This document shows, one piece after another, positions 37,306-51,283 of a stretch of 64,000 nucleotides of DNA (within the stretch, counting starts at the first letter, position 1; each line of letters opens with the position of its first letter). The notes beneath the pieces were generated by a model. It saw only the letters and a list, made by a program, of their open reading frames with translations, was not told the DNA's origin and did no database searches. Source of the stretch: Neovahlkampfia damariscottae (taxonomy: Eukaryota). A program made the position numbers and the translations under genes. The stretch spans positions 1 through 64,000 of the forward strand of contig JABLTG010000105.1 of the NCBI GenBank assembly GCA_016618085.1, written 5' to 3'.

Positions 37306-37644
37306 TCATCTAGTATCAATGGATTGTCCTTTCTTGGTGCTTCGTTTGTTAAAAACGTCAGTTTTTTTTGTTAAACAGAAAAGCGGAATAATTAATTTTT
37401 CTCCTCCTTGAACCATTTCAACAACAGCGTCTTCTTGGTGAACTGAAATAACTTTAGCAAAGTGGCCATCTACGTGAGGACTTAAGTTTCCCACTATAAG
37501 CATTTCGTGAGGTATGTTTATGACACAAAGATCATCAATTGCCACAGAACAGATCATTTTTCGTTGTGGGATCTTATATATCCTCTTAGGTTTTGTAGTT
37601 TTTCTTTGGAAGTTTGATCTAGGACCGGCGATTGCTTTGATCAT
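37306..37644 (-). CDS. Hypothetical small protein with KOW/SH3-like beta barrel
   Basis: DGHFAKVISVHQEDAVVEMVQGGEKLIIPLFCLTK resembles a KOW/Tudor-like barrel; ATTGG upstream. Confidence 0.55.
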   Translation of the reverse strand: MIKAIAGPRSNFQRKTTKPKRIYKIPQRKMICSVAIDDLCVINIPHEMLIVGNLSPHVDGHFAKVISVHQEDAVVEMVQGGEKLIIPLFCLTKKTDVFNKRSTKKGQSIDTR

Positions 37645-37947
37645 GATGTTGCGTTGGTTTGATACAATAAATTTTGAACACAAATCAAAATCGAAAAAAA
37701 GGGGTATTATTGGCTGAAAAATTGATCGGAAATTTAATGTTGACCAATAAAATAATTTCTACTTTATTTTCCGTTGCGGATATTAGCTTTATCATGATTT
37801 ATTTTACTGCGTTTAAAACCACTTTCTAAATTGACAGCTCTGCAACCAATAAAATTGAAGACTTGGCATAGAAAATTTACTTTTTAAGCAATGTCAAATA
37901 CAGAATAATAAACCTTAAACTCCGATAAATCCCCGATAAAACATTTA

Positions 37948-38613
37948 TTATTTAATTTTCATGTTGATTATCAATATTACATTTTTTACAATTTCCGTGT
38001 ACTTTTCAACAGAAATTGGTTGGTAAAGACCTTCTTTACATGGAAATTTGTCAGCAGAAGAAATTAAGTATCCATTTGTAGCATCCTTAGATATCTGATT
38101 ATCATCCCTATGTTCTTTCAACAAAGCAATTACCGGACCTTTCCAAAAAACACGATGAATCTCTTCTTTTTTCATGTACCACGACTTACGAGAAATTTCT
38201 GTCGCTTTCAAAATTACATCTTGAATATATTCATATTTTGGCTTCAAATCCTCGTTCAAAATCCCTGAATAGAATTTATAAGCTTTGTAAACTTCACATT
38301 GTTCTTCCATTTTATTCACAGTCGAATATTTTATATTTATTTGTTGTCCTGAAAGAGGAATTGAAGTTAAATCATGTCTGTGGTCATGTATCAAAAATTT
38401 ATCATTGTGCTCGTGTGGTTTTTTAATATCAAATTGTGAAACTCCTTCAATGTCTTCTTCCGTAAAAAAACAACGAATTGTATCTGTCAACCAAACACTG
38501 TAGACATTTTTGAAATGACAATGTGAAAAAGAAGTAGAAATCTTTTTCTCCTTATTTTTGTTGTAGTCTTGAAGTACCTCTTCAAATATTTGTTTCATAG
38601 TCTCCTCTGACAT
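37948..38613 (-). CDS. 3-His cupin (cysteine-dioxygenase-like fold), uncharacterised
   Basis: IHDHRHDLTSIPLSGQQINIKY (cupin motif 1, HxH) and WYMKKEEIHRV (motif 2); intronless. Confidence 0.65.
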   Translation of the reverse strand: MSEETMKQIFEEVLQDYNKNKEKKISTSFSHCHFKNVYSVWLTDTIRCFFTEEDIEGVSQFDIKKPHEHNDKFLIHDHRHDLTSIPLSGQQINIKYSTVNKMEEQCEVYKAYKFYSGILNEDLKPKYEYIQDVILKATEISRKSWYMKKEEIHRVFWKGPVIALLKEHRDDNQISKDATNGYLISSADKFPCKEGLYQPISVEKYTEIVKNVILIINMKIK

Positions 38614-38772
38614 TTTCACCTTTACAATGTATTAAAATTCTATTGGCTGAGAATTTTATTCAATCCTGAAATGTTCTTTTGAAAAATCCAACATCATGAT
38701 GCATGTGATAATAAATTTAACAGAAATGCTGACCAATCATATCCCTACACGATTTTTTTTATTTTTTAAAAC

Positions 38773-40769
38773 ATGTTCTCTTCGTCTGTCGTAAAAGCGA
38801 TAGGTACTTATCTTATCGCTTTTGTAGCTTTAGGATTCGCAATATATCACATGTACATCAGAAGTAGATTCCAAAACTATCCAAATTTTAGAGATAACCA
38901 AGTAGTTGATTTTTTAGTCATTGGAGGTGGTTCTGCTGGAACTGTTTTGGCTTCACGTTTAACTGAAAGTAGATTTACTGTTTTACTTTTAGAAGCAGGA
39001 GAGACAGATAACGACATCAGAATTAAAATACCAGCAGGTTCGAAGTTTTTTTGAATTAATTTTTTAAAGCATTTCCAAAACTTTTTAAAACAAAGTTTGA
39101 TTGGGGTTATGAAACAGAAGTTCAACAAAATGTCAACAAAAGAAAAATGTTTTTTTTTTTTTTTCTTAAATTATTTTTCAGGGTTTATCCAAGAGGAAAA
39201 GTAGTTGGTGGATGCAGTTCAACAAACGCTATGATTTATAATCGTGGAAATTCATGGGATTATGATCAATTTGGAAAAGAAAATCCTGGTTGGAGTTATG
39301 AAGATGTTCTTCCTTGTTTGTTTTAGTTGTTTTTTAATTTTTTAAATTCAGATTTCATTTCATCAGAAAAAAACAAAAAAGGAACATTATCACCAAAATA
39401 TCATGGATTCAATGGACAATTGATTGTTGAAGATATGAGAGGAAAACATGAAATTTCTGAAAAAGTATTACAAGCAATGATTAATTCAGGTTTTACTCCA
39501 AATGAAGACACAAATGGTGAAACAGCAGAAGGTGTTGGATGGACACAATCAACAACAAATAATGGACGTAATAGTTTATTTTATTTTTAACATAATTTAT
39601 TTGAAGGTCGTTGGAGTGCAGCTGATGCATATTTATCTCAAGCTGCTACAGAAAGACAAAATTTCTTAATTAGAACAAAAGCACAAGTTACAAGAATTCT
39701 CTTTGAAGGTAAAAGAGCAATTGGCGCAGAATTTGTTGAAGATGGAAAAATAAGAATTATCAGAGCAAGAAAAGAAGTTATTTTATCAGCTGGTGCTATA
39801 AATACACCTCAAATTTTATTAAATTCAGGAATTGGACCATCAAATGAACTTCAAAAACTCAAAATTCCAGTTATTCATAATTTACAAGGAGTTGGTAAAA
39901 ATTTACAAGACCATATATTTTTTCCAGTTGCTCATGTCACTAATTTATCTTCATTACACTCAGAAGAAACAGTTTCATCTTTAATTTCATGGGTGAAAGT
40001 TTGTTTCAGTTTTAAAATTTTAAATTTTTTCAAAAGGATGGAAAAGGTCCATTAGCATCAAATATTGGTGAAGTTGTTGGATTCATGAAATCATCTATCG
40101 CCAAAAAACAAAATTTACCACCTGACCTTGAATTTGGAGGTGCACCTGCATTTTTTGTTGAACATGGATTAAAACCAGAAAGAAATCCAAAAGGAGCTAA
40201 TGGTGTAACAGTTGGAGTTGTTTTGTTGAGACCAAAATCATCAGGTAAAAAAAAATTAATTTCTAAAAATTAACAATTGACAGGTTTTGTGAAATTAAAA
40301 TCAAAAAATCCTTTGGATGCACCAGTTATTCAACCAAATTATTTTTCAGTTCAACAAGATTTGGATCTTTTGGTTGAAGGTTTTAAAAAAATTAGAGACA
40401 TTTTCCAAACAAAACCACTTTCAGATTTTGTTTTACAAGAAGTTTTTCCTGGTTCATCAGTTAAATCAGAAGAATCAATTCGTGATTATATCAAAAATGA
40501 ATTAATGACTTTGTATCATCCAACATCAACTTGTAAAATGGGTAAAAGTGAAGATAAAATGTCAGTTGTTGATTCAAAATTAAAAATTCATGGTTTAAAG
40601 AATATTAGAATTGTAGATGCTTCTATTTTCCCAAATATCATCAGTGGACATACACATGCTCCTGTTGTTATGGTAACGTTTTTTCATGAAAAAATAAATT
40701 AACTTTTTTTAGGTTGCTGAAAAAGCATCTGATTTGATTAAGCAAGAACATTTTGGAAGTTATTATTAA
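38773..40769 (+). CDS. GMC oxidoreductase (choline dehydrogenase-like) with N-terminal membrane anchor
   Basis: [79 protein letters not shown]; seven introns. Confidence 0.95.
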
Positions 40770-40847
40770 ACTTTCAACTTTTTTTTTTTTGATATTTTGT
40801 TTAACAAAAACTGTCATCCAATCATTTCCTTTTTTTCATTTTCCGTT

Positions 40848-43714
40848 ATGTCAAAAGAAAGTAAAACTGAGAAAATAGAAGTGAAAGACAAAGTGGTCAA
40901 AAAAGATGTAAAAAAATTATATGAAAAGTTTTGTACAGAAATTACATCAAATCCAGAGTAAATTCAAAATAAAAAATAAAAAAAAATCAAGAATTTTAAA
41001 AGTGATTTATACTTCAATTCAACAAAATGATATGGATTTAATATCACGTTCATTATATAATATATCCAAAGAATTAGGAAACACCGATAAATTAATTGAA
41101 ATTGTTGTAGAATTTGAGTTTCAAGATAAAAACTCTTCAAAACAAACTGCTTTAAGAACAAATTCTTTACCTACAAAAATTTTAGATAATTTAATGAAAG
41201 AAACAGCATCTAAATATACAGCTAATATCCTACAAGATCCAATTATGAATGTTTTGAAAGAAAAAAACAATCTCGAAATAGATCCTCAGTAAGAAACATT
41301 TTTGTGTTTATTTTTATCAAAGTAAAATTGAAAACAAAGAGATGATTGACAAGAATTTAAAATTATTAAATTCTCTTGCAAGTCAAGTTATTGAAGCAAT
41401 GTTATCAGAAAAAGCAATTGAAACTATTCCACCAAAAATTAGAGACGTTTGTCGTCTCATTGAGAAACAATGTAAAACTGTTGATTGGAGTTCATCTCAT
41501 CTTTTGGCGAATATTTTATTTTTAAGGTAAAATTATTATGAATTTTTAAATTTTAGATTATTCAATATTACTGTTGTATTTCCTGATCAAAATGAACATA
41601 TGAAATTACAATTATTGAATCCACAAGAACGAAGAAATTTAATTTTAATATCAAAGATTGTTCAAAATTTAGCAAATGGATATGAATTTAAAGAAGAATA
41701 TATGATTCCTTTGAATGATATTTTACAAAAATACTCTGATAAAATGAATGATTTTTTTACAAAAATAGTTTCAATTGATGAAGAAAAAAAAGAACAAGAT
41801 TCTAATTTTACATTTGAATTATCTAAAGATGCTCTTTCCAAAGCACAAGAGATTATCACAAAAAATGAATCTCATTTTGCTCATTTAAAAGGTAATTATA
41901 AAAAAAAATAGTTAAAAAAAAAACTTAGAATTCTTAGTTTTGTTAAATTCTTTACCAGCTGTTAGAGTTCGTGGAAAGAAACATTCCACAGTTACAACTG
42001 AACAATTCAAAAGAAGAACAACTTTTAAAATTAATGAAATTGCAAAAACTTCAATCAAGTATGGATGGAAATCAATGGAACATGAAAATCCAAACAAACT
42101 TCCATTTCCATTGTGTAACTTTTGTTCATTTGAATCTATTTCATATGATGAATATGGAATTGAATTACAAGATATCTTTATTCATGGAGGTCAAGGTAGA
42201 TTTAGTGGAAAGTCAGATTTATTATATAGAGCTCAACAAAGACACTTTACAGATAAAATAGATTGGAAATTAGTTGAAACAAAAAATAGTCCACCTGGTA
42301 GATCTCATCATTCAATTTCATCTGTTATGGTTGGTGTAGTTGATCCAAATCAAAAAAGTGTTTATATGTTTGGTGGAAATACCACATACATTATTGAATC
42401 TTTCAGCAATGATTTTTATGAGTTAGATTTAAGTAAGCCTTAAAATTCATTAAAAAACAATTTTAAAAAGATACATTTACATGGAAAACATTAAAAAAAG
42501 GACCAAATAGAAGAGCAAAACATACAATTTGTTCTATTGGAAATTGTGTGTATTTGTTTGGTGGAACAGATGAAGACAAATGTTTTGGTGATTTTTGGAA
42601 ATATGATGCTTTAGAAGATAAATGGGAAAAAATTACTACAACAACATCACCAGGACCAAGACACTCACATATAATGAAATCATTTCAAAATAATATTTAC
42701 ATTGTTGGTGGTATGGTTGATATGTATGTTTCATCAAAAGAGATTTGGCAATTTAATGTTTATCAAAATCAATGGAGACAAATGAATTTTAATATTCCAA
42801 TTGATCAACCAATTTCAGTACCTTTATATTTACCAGCAAGAAATGGATCAGCGACAATGATTGGTAATAAAATTGTGATGTTTGGTGGAGAAACATTGAC
42901 AGGAGATTCAAATGAAGAATCATTTTTAAATGATTTTCTTGTATTTGATACAGAATCACAAGATTTATTTAGAACTGGTGATATTACAACGACTCACAGT
43001 ATTTACATGCATCAAATTCATTGGACAAATGATAAGATGATTTTGATTGGTGGAAGTTATACTGGTTTATTTTATTATTACCATCATTCAAGTATGTTCA
43101 TTATTGATGAAAGTTTATTGGGTGAAAAATTAACAAAAGGCAAATTATTTTCAACACCTATACTTGATACAATGAAATTACCACAAAATGTTGGTAGAAA
43201 GGTACCTTTAATTGTTGAAGTTTGTGTTGATTATTTAATGAATAATGGAGTTGATTCATTGGGTATTTTTAGATTAAGTGGAAGACATTATGAAATTTAT
43301 GCAATGTGTTTATTATTTGAAAATAATGGTAAATTCATAAAAAGTAGATATAAAGATTGTAATTCAATTGCTGTTGTATTAAAGAGATATATAAATTCAC
43401 TTCCAGAACCACTTCTGACATTTGAATTATTTGAAGAATTTAATAATTGTCAATCAACAGAAGAATTTAGATCAGTTTTGAAAAAATTACCTGAAAATAA
43501 TTATGAATTTGCAAAATTATTATTTAAATTACTTCATACGATTCATAAAAATTCAAAAGAAACAAAAATGGGTGCATCAAATTTATTAATTCTGTTCAAT
43601 TTGTCCCTTCATAGAAAAAGGGATCATGTTGTGTTATTGACAAGAGAAAAAGATACAAACTCAGCTAATGTTGTAATGACTTTTATCCAAAATTATCCAG
43701 AATTATTTGAATAA
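40848..43714 (+). CDS. RasGAP - Kelch - RhoGAP multidomain protein
   Basis: TALRTNS and LFLRLF (RasGAP); GG..W Kelch repeats; GIFRLSG..LKRYINSLPEPLL..KMGASNL (RhoGAP). Exons join in frame via short GT-AG introns, including 41892-41928. Confidence 0.8.
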
Positions 43715-44077
43715 AGTACATTTTAACAAATAACTTCATTTTGTGAAACATAATTTATTTTGGCTTGTTGTTCCTATTTTTTTAATCAAAAGAGTCTTTC
43801 TTTACCTTAATTTTGGAAAATTCACTAAAATAAAGAATACCACAAAATCCAAAATATTTTGCTAAATCCTCCTTGATAACTATACTTAAATTTTGGAAAT
43901 ACGATTGAAGTAAGCTATTCCTTTGATGTTTTCAAATATTTCTTCCATTGGTTTTTGTTAATTCCAAAATCTCTTCAATTGATTATATGTTTTTTGTCTT
44001 CTTTCTTGATCTATTTCGTTAACCAAATTGTTCTTTTTTTTGTCCAATCAAATTCGATTGATTTCTTCAACACAAAA

Positions 44078-45046
44078 ATGGTGAACATTTTAATAAAAGT
44101 GCTTCCTTGGTTATTTGCTCCAGCAGTTATTGGTAAGAAACACTCTTTATATTAACAAAAAAGGTGGTGCCAGATATTTATATCCAAAGAAAGATTATAG
44201 TGATTTAGACAATAGTTTTCCACTCACAGAAAATGTAACTGTTCATCGTCACCACTTTCAAATGTCTTGGATGAAAATAAATATGTCAAGTAACTCAGTT
44301 GTTGTGAAAACACAAAATGGTGACGTTGTTGTCTATAACCCAACAGAACCTGATGAAAAATTAAAAAGTTTAATTTCACTTAGCGAAGGAAAGAATTTGT
44401 ACTGTATCTTTCCAAATAAAGCACACTTCAAATTTTTCGATAATATAGTTGCTGAATATCCAGAAGTTCAAATTTTAGTTTCTTCAGAAGATACACTTGA
44501 AATAGCAAAAGAAAACGTTGATGAAGATTCTGAATATGATAAAGATAATAATATAAAAGTGTTAAATCAAGAACTTTTTGAAACACTTCCATTTAAAAAA
44601 GAAGTTTTTTTTATTTTATTTTTTAACCAATTTCAAGTTTGATTTTCAAAACATTGGTGGAATGGACAAATTAGATGAAATTGGTAAGCTTTATATTTGA
44701 CGTGATAGAATTTTTAGTTTTATATCATAAACCATCAAAAGCTTTGTTAACTTGTGATACTTTATTTAACGTTGATGGAGCAACTGCTCCGACAAATCCA
44801 CTTGGATTTTCTCTTGCTACTCTTGGTTGGAGAGCGTTAGGAATTTATGATAAAGGTATTGCTATCCCATCTTTCTGGAAATCTTCTCTTTTAACTGACT
44901 CAGATACATTTAAACAAAGTTGGAATGATGTTTATCAAAAATTTGACTTTTCAACTGTTGTAATGGCTCATGGCAATCCAGTTATAAAACAAAATGTCAG
45001 AGAAGATGTGACAAATGCTTTAAAAACATTTTTAAAAGAAAAATAA
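44078..45046 (+). CDS. DUF4336-like (metallo-beta-lactamase-like) protein
   Basis: VVVKTQNGDVVVYNP, IFPNKAHFKF, LYHKPSKALLTCD, VMAHG; three introns. Confidence 0.7.
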
Positions 45047-45229
45047 AAAATCTGACAAAATTGATCACGTTTTCTATCTTTCCATAATTTTAAAAAAAAA
45101 ATTGTTAATTTTTTTTTTCTTTTTCTTTTTTTTGATGTTTTTTATTGGTTAGCCCAATTTGGAATTGACCAATAATAATAATTCCGTTAGTCGTTACTGA
45201 ACATTCAGCTGCTGTAGAAAGATTTTGAA

Positions 45230-48200
45230 ATGTTTGGTTTATTCAAAAAGAATAATAATGCACAAAATTTCAAAAAACAACAAAAAGGAAAATTACAAGA
45301 TGTATCTGGCTCAGGTGGTATCGATCATCCAATGCCAAAGGATATAAACGAAATTAACGAAAAATTTGATAAATTACTTGTAAAATTTAAATTGTAGTTT
45401 TTTTATTTTTTAGAGATATAAAGGAATCGTTGGAAAAGATAAAAATCGACAAAAAATGATGTCTTTACCAAAAGAAGAAAAATGGAAAATGATATGTACT
45501 CATGAACATGTTATTGATGAACAAGAAAATTCATTTAAAATTAAAGGAGCTCCTGAATATTTTATTCATTCTTTAAGAGAAAATCCAACCATAGAAAATC
45601 TCCAAGCTTTACAAAAAAGTTTAAAAGAAAAAGATGAATTATGGGTAAAGAAGTTACTCGATCTTGGTGGTTTAACTGCTATTTTCGAAGTTTTAGTTGG
45701 TCATGCTGAAGATCAAAAATCACAAGACGCTTTAAAAGAACTTGAAGAAGAAGAAGAAAAAAAACAAGAAGAACTTTTAAAAGAAGGAAAAACAGATGAA
45801 GAAGAAGAAACAGAAGAAAAAGTAGATAAAGAAAATGCAAACTCAACTTTTTATAATAACGTACAATCAGAATGTTTATTACTTGTTCGTATTTTAATGA
45901 ATACAAAAGCTGGTATGAATGCTTTTATTAGCTCAGATAAATCAAGAGAAATGATTGCTAGAAGTTTAGATTCTAATTCAGAAAAAACAAAAACTCAAGT
46001 ATTCTTTTTATTATCAACTGTTTGTGTTTATTCTGAAGAAGGTTTTTGGTTATCTTTAGATGTCGTTAATAGATTCAAATTATTAAAAAGAGAAAAAGTT
46101 AGATTTGAAACAATTGTCAAAATTATTAAATCAACAAAACTTGATACAGATGAAAGAAAAATTTTAGTTACTGCTTCAATTTTGTTCATTAATACATTAA
46201 TTAGTTCTGTACAAGATAGAAGAACAAAAAAACTTTTAAAAAATGAATTTAAAGAATTACAACTTTTAGAAACTTGTGAACAATTGAAAACACATGAAAA
46301 TGTAACGGATAAAATATCAATTCAATTAGGTGTCTTTGAAGAAGAAATGGATTATGGTGAAGATGATTTAGATGATGATGATGAAGATCAAGCTGATTTA
46401 GATAGTTTAGATAATCCTTTAGAAATTTTGAAATTAATTAGAATTCAATTAAGTGGTACAGATGCTTTTGCTCATTTTATTGCAATTCTTCAATATTTTT
46501 TAATTGTCGCTGGAAAATCAAATCAAAAAGAAAAAGTTGAAAATATGCAAGTTCTTGAAAATATTGTAAAAAAAGCCATCAATGTCAGTGAAGATGGATC
46601 TGTTCAAGAAAGTAAAAATGAAAAAAAATTTTGACCTTCTTTTTTAGTTTCTGTGAAAGAACTTCAACTTACGGATAAGATTTTACATCAACAAAAAGTT
46701 ATTGATAATCTTGAAGGAAATATGAAAAAAATTTCACAAATGATGAAAGATAATAAAATTGATAGTAAAATGTTAGATCAATTCACAAAGTCATCTGGTT
46801 CAAGTTCTTCATCAACTGGTACAACAAGCGCAAGTTTAATTGGAAAAGGAAGAGAAGGTTTAACACCTGAAGAACTTAAAGAAGCTGAAGCAAGTGGTTC
46901 ATCACAATCAGATAACGTTGTTGTTCAAAATTTAGAATCTGAAGTTAAATTCTTGAATTATAAGTTGTCAAAAATGGGACAAAAATTAAAAGAAGCAGAA
47001 ACCAAAGCAAAACAAGGAGGTGGAAGTTCAGGAGGTTCAATTTCAACTGGAGGCACAACAACTACAAAAGGACCACCTCCGAAAGCTCCAACTAAAAATA
47101 CAGGAATTGAAGAAGTTCAAGAGACTTCAGGAGGACCAACAGGCGGACCTATGGGACCACCAACTGGAGGTCCAACTGGAGGACCACCAGGACCACCATC
47201 AGGAGGCCCAACTGGAGGACCACCAGGACCGCCACCAATGGGAGGACCATCGGGAGGACCACCAGGCCCACCAGGTCCACCAGGACCACCAGGAATGGGA
47301 CCACCAGGACCTCCAGGACCACCTGGAATGGGACCTTCAATGGCATCAAATTTACCACCATTACCTTCTAAAAAAGCTGCTGTACCAATGAAAGCTATTT
47401 TTTGGTCAGCTGTTGGTAAAAGACCTTTAGAAAAATCAGTTTGGATTGCAGGTGATTTAGTAAAAGGATTAAATGATGTTGAAATTGACACCAGTGAATT
47501 AGAAGATCTTTTTGGAGCTAAAAAAGTTGACACTTCAAAACCAAAAACAATTTCAAAACCAAAAGAAGAAAAAGTTACATTTATTGATCCAAAAAAAGCA
47601 CAAAATACCGCTATTGCTCTTGGAGCTATGAAATTAAAAAATCAAGATATCTTTAATGCAATTCTTTCATTTGATGATTCTGTTCTATCTGATGAATTAT
47701 TAAAGATTCATGTTGATATTGCACCTACATCTGAAGAAATTACACAAATTGAAGAATATGTTAACAACGGATCTGATGTTGAAAAATTAGCAACAACTGA
47801 ATTATTTTATTCAACCATTTATGTTATTCCACGTTATGTTGAAAGATTAAATTGTTGGATTTTTAAAAATCAATTTCCAATTTCAGTTTCATCAATTCAA
47901 CCTGATGTTGAAGCAATTCTTTCTGCAATGGATCAATTGAAAGATGCAAAACAATTCTTAAAATTATTACAAGTTATTTTAAATATTGGTAATTATTTGA
48001 ATTCACAAAAGAAAGGAATTCATGGATTTCAACTTGGTTCATTATTAAAATTACGTGAATTAAGAGCAACAGGTGCAAAAATGAATTTACTTGGTTATAT
48101 TGTTCAATTTTGTCAAGAAAAATATCCAAAACTTTTAGAAGAAGCAAAACAAGAATTATCAGATGTACCTGCTGCATCAAGAGTAAATCTTCAACAAACT

Positions 48201-48800
48201 AGATCAGATTTAATGGATATTAAAAAAGGAATTGAAAATATTGATAAAGAACTTGATAAATTTGATAAACCTGTTAATAACAAAGATAAATTTAGAACAG
48301 TTTTAGGTGATTTTATTTTTGGTGCAAATGAAAAATATGAACAATTAGAAGAAACAATTTCAAAAGTTACAGAAAAAGAAAAAGATTTAATTGTATTTTA
48401 TGGAGAAGATGCAGCAAAATTTCAACTTCCAGATTTTTTAAAAACTGTTAATGATTTTTGGGTTGCTGTTGATGAAGAAGCAAAAGAACTTCAAAGAAGA
48501 AAAGAAATTGAAGAAAAGAAAGCATTGAAAGAAGCAAAATTACAACAAAAAAGAGATGCTGAAAAATCAAAAAAAGAACAAGAAAAACTTGATGCAAAAA
48601 AGAGAAGAGGAGATGATGATGATGATGTCATTTCAGATGATGAAAAACAATCAGGTGGTGTAATGGATGATTTACAAAATGATTTATTAGATGGAAGTGC
48701 TTTTAGAAAAAAAAAGAAAAATAGAAAAAAAACAATTACTGTAGATGAAGTTATGAAAAAAGTTCAAAGAAAATCTGTTGGTGAAAATGAACTTTTATAA
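45230..48800 (+). CDS. Diaphanous-related formin (GBD/FH3-FH1-FH2-DAD)
   Basis: MMSLPKEEKWKMI (GBD), proline-rich FH1, MKAIFWS..IGNYLN..GFQLGSL (FH2), GVMDDLQNDLLDGSAFR (DAD); two introns. Confidence 0.95.
47130..47340 (+). repeat. Imperfect tandem GGA-CCA-CCA codon repeats (formin FH1)
   Basis: GC-rich ggaccacca repeats encoding GPPGPP. Confidence 0.9.
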
Positions 48801-48819
48801 AATAAATTTTGGATTAAAT

Positions 48820-49230
48820 TTTGATTGGATCATTAACCGGTTTTTAAGTAATTGGTCCACAATTTTTCAAAATAAAGAATCAACCTGGGGAAATAAAGTT
48901 TTTACACTTCTTGATGCTGTGAAAGACATTATGGAGGAAATGGTATATCCAAAAGAACCAATATGTTGATGAAATAAAGTTATGGGAACCAAAACAAATC
49001 GTTCTTTGGCAAAAATAGTTATTGCAATGCTTCCTGGGTCTTCCTTTGGCTTTGAAAAAGATATTTTGAGTTCAAGAATGTCTTATGTGGATTTTGATGG
49101 AAAATTGGTATTAGAAAAACAAAAATTGAAGAAGCAAATGATAAATTCATTGAGAAATACTGTCCAAATGTGATTGAAGGAACAGAAAAATTGATCAACT
49201 GGGTAAAATCTCAAAAATGAAATTAAATGT
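48820..49230 (+). pseudogene. Degraded coding-like remnant
   Basis: Coding-like frame (DWIINRFLSNWSTIFQNK..IAMLPG..VDFDGKLVLE) broken by TGA TGA at 48967-48972 and TGA at 49171-49173; no promoter or start found. Confidence 0.3.
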
Positions 49231-49279
49231 TATTTTGGACTTCATTATTGAAGAAATGGTCAGTTTAAATGAAATCTAA

Positions 49280-51233
49280 TTATTCTACTAATTTCCAAAT
49301 TGATTTCTTTCCAGGAACATCTTCCAATCTAACACCAACTGATTTCAATCTTTCATCTCTCAATTCATCACATAAATTCAAAATTTCATATTGCTTATTT
49401 TTCTTTGCAATAGTTCTAATATCATCCCTAAATTCACTCAAAACATTCAAATAAGATGAGTAATTCTATCCAAAAAATGAGTAAAAAAAAATAGCTTTAC
49501 ATCATTTGTTGTTTTTGACCAACCAATTGAATCTTCAATCAATCCAAAAATTTTGAATAAATTGGTGATATATTCTGATATTTGAATTAATAATGGTTTT
49601 TTTATATTATTCATTTGTGTGTTTGTTTTTTTGACAATATCTTGAAGAATTCGAATCACCAAAGGAGTATCAAAATTGTCACAAAGAGCATCATGAATTT
49701 CGTTCTTTTTCTTTAAAAATCTGAAATGTTAATTCAAATGATTGAATCAACTTACAATTCATGAAGCACAATTTCATCTTCATTCCATTTTTGTTCTTGT
49801 TCCTTTTTTTCTCGAAGGACAACTTGGACGTTATAAAAAAATTCAGTAAAACTATAAATGAGAGAAATTCTTTGAATTACATTTTTTCAGTATTCACTGC
49901 AAATTCCATGGATTTATTTGAGTATTCAATAATATCATTGAATTTATGTAAAAGAAACAACATTCTAATTTGTTTGCTTGAATATTTTTCAAGTAATTCT
50001 TGTATTTTAATGAAATTCTTTTTTGATTTTGACATAGATCTTCCTTCTATCATTAATTGACCTGTATGAAGAAAATAATTTACCCATTGATCACATTCAA
50101 AACATGCTTCGGATTGAGCAATTTCATTATCACTAAATTTTGATAAATTTTTGTTTAATATATTACTGATGAGGAAATCTCAAATCAATTCCACCACAAT
50201 GAATGTCAAGTGAATCTCCAAAAGATGCACCAATCATAGCAGAACATTCAACTTGAAAACAGTCAAAAGAAATATGTTTTACTGTGCCACCCAGGTCTTC
50301 CTAATCCCTTAAAATATGATTAATTTTTAATATTAGATTCCTTACCCAAGGTGAATTCCAAGAAGGTTCTTTTTCATTTGATTTTTTCCAAAGAACAAAA
50401 TCTTGAATTGATTTTTTTTCATTTTTTATTTTCTTATTGAAATCTTCTTCACTTTCATTTGATTTTTCAATATTTGATATTGACTGTGGTTCCAATTTAC
50501 AATAAACATGTGAATTTGAATAATTCTTGGTATCAAAATAAACACTTCCGTTACTTTCATAAGCATAACCTCTTTTGATGATATTCTCAATAAATTTGAT
50601 AATTTCAGGGATATATTCGGTTACACGTGTTATACTATCAGGCATTTTAACATTTAATTCTCTCATATCTTTCCAAAATAATGTTTCATAATGTTTGGCA
50701 ACATTAGAAAATTGATCATCTATTTTTTCTTCATTTTGTGACATATTATTCAACTGTTCAATCATTTCTAGTATTTCTGTAGTTTCTAATTTTTTTTCTG
50801 CGAATTTTGAATCATTGGACAATTTCTCTTCAAAATTTTGAATTGAAAATGATTTTGAATTTTTGAGTTGATTTATTTTGAGCTCTAATTGTTTTAGATA
50901 TCCTTTTCTTATGATTTTATCATCAATATCTGTTATATTGATAACAGTTTTCAAGTTAATTTGAAAATAATTTTCTAGTATTCTCCTAACTATATCAAAT
51001 CCGATATAAGTTCTTGCATGTCCTAAATGTGAATAGTCATAAACTGTAGGACCACATAAATACCAACTTGTAAATGGTTTTGTTAACATTAATTCATTCT
51101 TTTTTTTTTAGTTTCAATTTGTATTTACTTTTTCTTTTGTTAAACTGTTTAACACAAAGATTCCAGTTTTTATCCCATTGGGTTTTTTCCAGTGACCTAT
51201 TTTTGAATATTTTGTGATAGTTTTGTTGAACAT
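49280..51233 (-). CDS. CARS: Cysteinyl-tRNA synthetase
   Basis: [71 protein letters not shown]; several introns. Confidence 0.96.
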
Positions 51234-51283
51234 GAAAAGAGAAAAATTGAAATGAAGATGATTCGCGGAAGTATTTGCAACCA

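Noticed and set aside
47020..47533. Alternative-frame and antisense ORFs and GC-rich repeats (collagen- or CRISPR-like look)
   Set aside because: These are shadows of the formin FH1 Gly/Pro codons; there is no spacer structure.
48967..48972. TGA TGA as selenocysteine or a reassigned codon
   Set aside because: TGA ends several normal genes here, Trp is TGG throughout, and no SECIS is evident.
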